Positions 56,601 to 64,000 of a DNA stretch of 64,000 bases are shown here, one piece after another. The notes below the pieces were generated by a model. It had not been told where the DNA came from and ran no database searches. It was given only the letters and a program-made list of their open reading frames with translations. A program made the position numbers and the translations under genes. Each line of letters begins with the position of its first letter. Position 1 is the first letter of the stretch. The stretch is from Bugula neritina (lineage: Eukaryota > Animalia > Bryozoa), in contig OZ037771.1 in assembly GCA_964035545.1 (NCBI GenBank), forward strand, positions 8,611,408-8,675,407, written 5' to 3'.

Positions 56601-59600
56601 ACATCTCCCGTGGAACACTGAGATTTCTCTTCATCACTGGCTTCCTGTGGGCAAGAGGTGACAACTACTGTCCCTGTTGTAAGAGTCCAGTATACATCAT
56701 AACAAACCCAGTCCATTCTCTCGTCAGGGTCACGCATTTCCACTTCAACATCTTGGCAGCAGGTTCCAAAATATTGACATCTTTGATCACACCTTTGAAA
56801 CAGAGCAATACAAACTACACTCACCCGTCTATTAGTGCATGTCTAGAAGCTGAAAAAATCTTGCCATACAACTCTTATATTTCAAGTATTTCTGTAAAAT
56901 AAATGCCAAGCTATGTTGTTACATGGTGAGATTGATAAAAATATGTAGGTGCCAACACTTACTCGCAGCTTTTGTATTGAGTAGTTACACCACATAAACT
57001 AAAATATTTAGCTATTTCAGCTACAGTCCATAGAAACGTTCTCTGCATCTGAACTTGAGGATCATAGGAGAAGTCCTCAACTCCGACACAAGAGTTGGAC
57101 AAGTCTTGGACATGGTTGTAAGCACAGCCGGGGCCAGAACATTGAATGGAATCTGTTGCTTCAGGAAACACAATCAACTCTCCACACACGCTGCTGTAGT
57201 TACTCAAGCAAAACATACTTCCTAAGTCCCACATCTTTGGTACCTCTACTGTCAAATTATATTTATTTACAGATTATCATATTATAAGCACACTGTTTAC
57301 ATGCTGCGAGCAGCAGTGTATGCATCTACACAAGAGAACAAAATAGTTCAACATTGACTCATCATTGGGTGCCGTTCCAGATAGATGACTTCCAGTTGGA
57401 CTACCAAATTTCAGTTAGTAGCCCCTGATTATACAACTCCAAATATTGCTAACAAAAATATATGTGCAAAAGACATTAAAATATATTTGACTACTATAAA
57501 CTTATTAAAATTGAATGAATATACATTATAATGTAGAAGAATAGTCTAAAAAAATTATATTTTTTAAAACATAGGCATTTTATGGACATAGCTTCAGTAA
57601 ATTGTCAAAGCAATGGCTTGAATTAGTCATTTTCTTTAAATGGGTTCAGTTATACACATATAATTTATTTCAGTTTGACAATTGTACACATGAATTTGCA
57701 TGAAACCAAAATAAATGCAACTTGTTATCAAATATCTTTTTTCAATTCCTAATGTTTTTAAATAAAGTAGTCTAAATAGAGAATGTCCAGTTGGGGAGAG
57801 GGGGGTTGTCTAAGTGGAATATATTGATGGTCGTCTGACTGGAAGTCGTCTATCGGGACTGAAATCCATTATTGAGATTTGGTGCTTACAACAGCATCTA
57901 AACATTATTTACTAACAGCCCATGTTCAAAGTAAGTTAATGACTTTAAGAGCACAAACTATTATGAAGTACATAATAACACATAAAATATCCAATGGTTA
58001 TTCTTATATTGAATTTAAGGCCCTTTGTTCGGAGACAAGAAGATTGAGAGTGAGATGCCAGACACCTTCTAAAATAGCTTGGTATGCCTGGAGGGCTGCT
58101 TCTATGATTTTATTCGTTAAAGCTAGTCACTGTGTCCCATTGTTTCAAAAAAGCATTATGGGAATTTGCATGAATGTTTTATTCAATGTTTGAAAACAGC
58201 TGTATGCAATGAAACCCAACCATTAAATAATGAATTAACTAAAACTACAAATCTATCCTTGTGTGGGTTCATCCGTTGTTATGGCAACATAGTGAATGTG
58301 AAGCCCCTGTAGCTTCTACACATATAAGAAGTGGAATAAAGAAAACTTTATGTGTGATTACCAGCAGTTACTGTGATTGCATTGTAATATTTATACACAT
58401 TTATAAGAATTTAAGGTAAGTGATTTTATTGTAAAGAGCCAGCCTTGGCCTCTTTTTGCACTGCAAGCTGCTACTATATTCCATAATCAACTTAGGCTAT
58501 CCTTAATCTACATTAAAAGACAATTATGTACAAATATTGAGCCTTTGCAAAGGCCACACACATAATAAATTTAAGCGCTTGGCAATAACTTATAGGTGTA
58601 ATCATTCATAAGAATTTATACTAAGTATCATTGCACGGCTCACTGGTTATGCTTGTGATTAGTTAGGATTGTAACATAATGAAACCTGCATATACAGTTT
58701 TCATGTAACATCTTTTAAAATCTGAGACTGTAACAATGATCAATTTTAGGCCAAGATCTTTAACACTTGAATACCTTAAACTATTCTTATATATAATATT
58801 ACTACAGTTTCTTATAATACTGTACTTTACCAAACACTGCTTTTTCAGAACAATAATGAAGTTTAAATTCCAAAGAAAGACTTACATGACAATAGACTAG
58901 TCTTGTTATAAGTGTAGGTCATGTTAAAGTCGTTTGGCCACGATATAAACATGTGGGACAGCCTGCTGGGAATTCTGAAATTTTCATCTGACAGTTGGCC
59001 TTTTGGTATATTTTGTAAAACAGGTTTAACAGTTGCCAGCAACACTCCTACAACATGATAGGTCAACTTTTGCTAATAATATTTTAGTTACTTTATTTAT
59101 CTTGCCTATATACCAGAATAGTTTGTCCTAATGTCACAGCATAAAATGCAACCTCTTAACCAGTATAGCTAGTACAGATGTACTTAGCACCAGTGTAACC
59201 AGTACAGATGTACTTACAGCACCAGTGTAACCAGTAAAGGTGTACTTAGCACCAGTGTAACCAGTACAGGTATACTTAGCACCAGTGTAACTAGTACAGG
59301 TGTACTTAGCACCAGCGTAACCAGTACAGGTGTACTTATAGCATCAGCGTAACTGGTACAGGTGTACTTAGCACCAGTGTAACCAGTGCAGGTGTACTTA
59401 TCAACAGTGTAACTAGTACAGGTGTACTTATAACTTAGTAACACCTGTCAGGTATTTTGTAGAACAGAATAAATAATCTAGATAAGTAACATGCTGCACA
59501 CCTATTGAGTAATATAATTATGTTGTTTATCAATTAGATATTATATTATTATATGTCATGTTAAAAGCTGCAATAAAGTTGTTTTTAGATGCAGATATCG

Positions 59601-61628
59601 TAAGCAGAGTAACGACTAAACTAGTATATAACTATGAATAAGGTACATACCAGTTGGAAACTCTGGGAAAATAAGATTTGGAACACCCAGCTCATCAGAT
59701 TCTCTCCAACACCACTCACAAAACATGTTTCTGTAGAAGTGTACATCGAAGGACTGATTTAGGTAATTAGAAACTGGCCCAAACTCACACAGCCGTCTGA
59801 TCTCTTCATTGCCATAAGTTTCGGGACATTTACTAATATATTGACTACAGTCTGCTCTGTGGACATCACTTTCTGTAGAAACATGCTTCACCCAACAATC
59901 TCTATATCAAATAAACCAGTTGTGTTAACAACACCAATCAGTAACTAGATATTATTATAATCATAATCATAATATAGCAAGATTGTGAGTGAAATTTATG
60001 ATATTCTTAGTGATATAATCTTGTGTCTACTAATTTTTAGAATAATGCACCTTCGGAACAATGCACTTTTAGAGCAATACTCTTTCGGAGCAATGCACCT
60101 TAGGAATATTGCTCCATCTCCATTAGCGTTTAATTACAAAACTTGTCTTTATTCAAAAAACAATGAAAATTCATTGCGCAGTGCTGCGTTGATAATATTG
60201 TGAAAAAATCTAGAATATGCAAAACTTAATATGAAATGTTACAAAGTTTGATTTTATTTTCAAGTTTGTAAAGTATTGATGCTATGCCGAGACCTATAGG
60301 ACGTAGATCTCAGCATAGCTTGTGTTCTAGGACATTTTATACTCAGCCAGCTCTCACCATATGCTGAAAGTTGATGAGAAACTTTATGGTAGTCAAAAAG
60401 AAGCTTTTCTAATCACATTAGCAAAAAATACTTCTAATGGTGTATATTAGACTAGCACATCTTACGTATGCTTCTATAATATGTGTAATGTATAATATAT
60501 GTATAATGCATAATATATGTGTACCGTATGCGCAATTTACAATATAATATATTAATATGGTATAATATTATTTTATACCATATCAATATTTACACCATTA
60601 TGAATATTGATGATATACCACATTATACCATACCACATATACCATTATATGGTATAATTTGACATAATATATGTAATATGTCTGACAACTTTGTCAATAT
60701 GTAAAACAGAAAATTGCCAACTTCTATTCAATCTTAAAAAGAAGTTCTAACCTTAGATAATCTTTAGAGAATGATTATCAGTACTTGCAGTTTCTGATTA
60801 GCTAGGAACAAGCCACTAACTTGGAGGTAGTTACAGTAATAAAGAATAGCATGAGTTTCGGATTGTACTGTAATCTAGCAAAGGAAAGGATGCTCTTGCT
60901 ACAGCAAGACTTCTTACTTACACTCCTCAAAACAAAAATTTACTGATATTAAAGAATTAAGGCTATTAGGAAAGTAAAATATGTTCAAAAGATAGTTTCA
61001 GACCTGTACAATTTATCATATCAAAGGAGTTGTGCCCCCAACTATGTTGGAATCCTCTGAACTTATATAACAATGAGCTCCACAATAAAAGCTCACCTTT
61101 GTCTCAGCAACTTTTGCAACATAAGAACGTCAAATTTATTGCTCTCTATTTCTTGAATGGTCTCATTGGTGCAGTAAATCGGTGTGGTCCAAAACTCTAT
61201 GGCAAGCAAAGGGTCAAACGAAAGCATAGGTCCACCAAAATTTGGGTTTAATGCTCCATTACATATGGCACAGTACATGTTGCTGTAGGTAATACCAGTG
61301 TATGTTCCAGTCACAGGCCACCGCTCTATAATGGCTTTCTTTGGTGAACAACCTAAAATATAACATTATTCAGGCTACATTAGCTTTGAATCAAATTATT
61401 CAGATAAGAATACTGCAATAGTAACAAATAGGTCCAATCTTTATATTTAATATAAATTATGTTCTGTGACTCATTAAGTAGTAGATAGTTGTTGTTATAT
61501 ACCCAGTATGAAATTATACTAAAACAATAACTGTCATCAAAAACAAAGAAACAAACTTACACTCAGGAACCAAAAATAAAAAGCCCCCCAAAAAGCATAG
61601 GCAAAAGGAAAAGAAGAAACATGTGCAT
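53644..61628 (-). CDS. Secretin/adhesion-like (7tm_2, Methuselah-like) GPCR with a cysteine-rich ectodomain and a somatomedin-B-like domain; approximate exons 61628-61571 (or 61561), 61352-61097, 59901-59651, 57248-56963, 56792-56547, 56235-56137, 55871-55103, 54976-54908, 54549-53644
   Basis: Seven hydrophobic segments in the last exon with GCEAIAAITQFFFLASLTWSNSMA, YALGLPLV, GLGW and SQGVLI. SMB-like SCECDQRCQYFGTCCQD. Four (Y/F)xNx(Y/F/H)CxxC repeats. Hydrophobic signal-like first exon. Confidence 0.85.
57367..57867. mobile_element. MITE of about 500 bp in a GPCR intron
   Basis: Left CGTTCCAGATAGATGACTTCCAGTTGGACTACCA matches the right-end reverse complement CAGTCCCGATAGACGACTTCCAGTCAGACGACCA. 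TSD is unclear. Confidence 0.65.
59160..59432. repeat. 30-bp minisatellite GCACCAGTGTAACCAGTACAGGTGTACTTA, about 9 copies
   Basis: Directly visible. Confidence 0.93.
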
Positions 61629-61779
61629 CTGGATTCAACACAGTGATGTGATGGTTTTATGTTGGCAGTGGCTGGAAAATGTTAAAATCATGTTTCAACA
61701 ACAACAGCTTTACAATTTGCCTTAAAAGTTTATGCACCAAATGGCAAAATCATAAGAGGCATCTGATTAGAAAGACTAA

Positions 61780-61967
61780 GGAGCGGCCCTGGTCTAGAGA
61801 TTAGAGTGTTTGCCTAGCAAGAACGAAGTCATGGGTTCGAGCCCCAACAAAGGCTATTGGCAATATCAAGAAGAGTATTCAGTCATAATTGCTCCTGTGT
61901 TCCATCTGAATAAGTCCTTAGCCAGGTTTAACAAAAACCTTTTCCACCAGGGGTTTTCTTGTGAGAG
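61780..61967 (+). mobile_element. tRNA-derived SINE with an intact Pol III head
   Basis: A-box-like TGGTCTAGAG and B-box GGTTCGAGCCC (~61834). The body is colinear with the 25903 copy, with CAGTCATAATTGCTCCTGTG and CCATCTGAATAAGTCCTTAGCC identical. Confidence 0.88.
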
Positions 61968-62169
61968 TTTTTTTTATCATATTATTAATAATTAGCATAT
62001 TCAATACAATATATATATAAAGCCATATGAACAAAAGAGTTAGATCTACAGCATAGATGTATGTATATAACACACTGAAGTTAAAAACTTTTTCATATAG
62101 CCTATGCCATTATAGCACTGCAGTAATATTTGTCAAAACATTAAGGAGACAATAAAGAAGATTACATTG

Positions 62170-62596
62170 AATAGAGGGGTTTCAAACATCCCTCTATTGG
62201 AACTTGTATTTTAAAGTTGTCTCCCCCTACAGGTATTGGGGGCAGTTTCCATGGTATATAGAAGGCCCATAAAATAAGTAGAAATGTAAGGTTTGAGTGA
62301 TGACTACTACTAGTATAGGTTTCATTTTTTCTGAGATTAATATTTTTGCATAAGTACACATATGAGCAATTTCAAAAAATTTCAAAAATTTTGAAACTGC
62401 TCATATGTGTACTTATGCCAAAATATTAATCTCAGAAAAAATGAAACCTATACTAGTAGTAGTCTTCACTCAAACCTTACATTTCTACTTATTTTATGGG
62501 CCTTCAATATACCATGGAAACTGCCCCCAATACCTGTAGGGGGAGACAACTTTAAAATACAAGTTCCCGTAGAGGGATGTCTGAAACCCCTCTATT
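62170..62596. mobile_element. Near-perfect 427-bp palindrome (foldback/MITE), GAGGGG...CCCCTC flanked by TA
   Basis: Arms of about 210 bp with about 7 mismatches counted by eye and a spacer of about 8 nt. It explains the twin ORFs at 62162- and 62407+. Confidence 0.9.
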
Positions 62597-62858
62597 AGTA
62601 GGCTAAAACTTTGTCATCAAACTCACTCTAGCAGAAGAGTTGAACAGTCTGACATACATAAATATTCTAGTAGCTAGGTTGATTTTATGGAGACCCAAGG
62701 TCACACTCTTCAAGAAAGATATAGTGTTAAAATGTAATAAATGGGTGTGGTTTTTAATTAGCTAAAACTTCCTCCAAGTGTGAAGCTGCTGTACATCCTC
62801 TGCAAATTAGATTAGGTCCCTGTGAATCTGCCATTTAAACTGCTGGCATACTTTAGTC

Positions 62859-62975
62859 CACGCACATGCACACATGCACACATGCACACATGCACACACG
62901 CACACACGCACACACGCACACACGCACACACGCACACAGTTACGTGTGTGTTCGTGTTCGTGCGTGTGCATGTGT
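62859..62975. repeat. (CACACATG/CACACACG)n followed by a GT-rich tract
   Basis: Directly visible alternating purine-pyrimidine repeat. Confidence 0.85.
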
Positions 62976-64000
62976 TTTACAGGCCTATGTCAGGTATGCT
63001 GGTGGTCTGAGGCGCCTTCTGTGATGGCTGGTATAGCATTTTGAATTTGATAGCAACTTAGAAGAAAAGCAAATAGCAAGGATGCTTGATCAGAATAAAA
63101 TTTTAATACTGAAAACTACTTTACCTTCTGACTGATTGGCACATTTACAGAGTTGAGCTAGCTTGTCATCTGTACCAACTGGACATCTGTTCACTACATA
63201 TCCTGCATTAGAATCAGTAACATATTGATACTGCTTAGACAGGTATAAGATTCTAATGCATGAATTAAACAGCTATAGTCATATACTCATGATACTTCAT
63301 ACAGTGTCTTTAGTTTGATTGCATTTCATCATACAGATAAAAAACACCATGTAGAGGTGAAACTCTCGGAGACCTCCAAGACAGAAGAAGATAAAAAGTA
63401 ACTTCTACAAACACAGCCAATCAACGGAATATCTGTATCTATATAGAAAGGGTAAGTTGTTTTTGTTTAGAAATCTTTCAGAATGAGTTGCGTTGCTTAT
63501 TACATGGACCTTTCAAGGAATGCTGCTTTGCTATAATCTGCCAGACATGGGAAAAGAGGGTGTGTTTAGGAGATTTCAAAAAGCACCAAATGTCTAACTG
63601 CTGCACACACACATTTCACATAGTTTACCCATATTTTGCTGTAGTTCCAATCACAGAGCAGCATTTGGTTTAACTTTTACCAATTTTATTTGCAACTATA
63701 TGCTTTAAGTTGTATATATTGTAGCTGTGTAACAGCATAACCTTCATTAGCTGCGTTCAAGTCATTCTATTAAAAAGAAAGTTTCTAAACTTTAAGAATA
63801 AACCTGTTTGTCAAAACCCTGGCAGTCATAAATAGAAATAATATTATACTAGTTTCTTTACAAGTATATGGATTAAGTTGATATAAAATCTAAAACCAAG
63901 TAAACCATATACCTGTTTGGAAATATCTAATAAATTGGTGAGCTGTTGAGTGCTCACCATGTAACCTAATGCTGTTTCAAAGTCTCTCTGGTTCCTTTCA

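Noticed and set aside
61780-61850. tRNA gene
   Set aside because: A and B boxes are present but there is no good cloverleaf, and it continues into a body shared with another dispersed copy, so it is a SINE.
62162-62598. Two near-identical 63-65 aa ORFs on opposite strands
   Set aside because: They are a by-product of the palindrome.

Overview
This is AT-rich, intron-rich animal genomic DNA from an invertebrate. A lophotrochozoan such as a bryozoan is a guess from the gene and repeat style. Five protein-coding genes were reconstructed by hand from GT-AG splice sites: the 5' end of cytosolic leucyl-tRNA synthetase (LARS1, minus, runs off the left edge); ERCC6/CSB (plus, head-to-head with LARS1, apparently lacking the long N-terminal region); the HECT E3 ligase TRIP12 (minus, about 40 exons); a TIR-less single-pass LRR receptor (minus); and a cysteine-rich, SMB-containing secretin/adhesion-like GPCR (minus). 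Non-coding content includes tRNA-derived SINEs, several MITEs and foldbacks, and many intronic mini- and microsatellites that generate all the very long repetitive ORFs. Four signals stand out. (1) Many intron ends are degenerate copies of the exon sequence they are spliced to, which could be a footprint of spliced-RNA-templated DNA repair or of duplication-born introns. (2) A 2.4-kb array consists of about 90-95 copies of a TRIP12 3' splice site. (3) Period-6 A/T cryptic repeat fields lie only on the transcribed side of the inferred housekeeping promoters. (4) A CCAAT-bearing inverted-repeat element sits in the middle of the inferred LARS1/ERCC6 bidirectional promoter. All alignments were done by eye and need computational confirmation.
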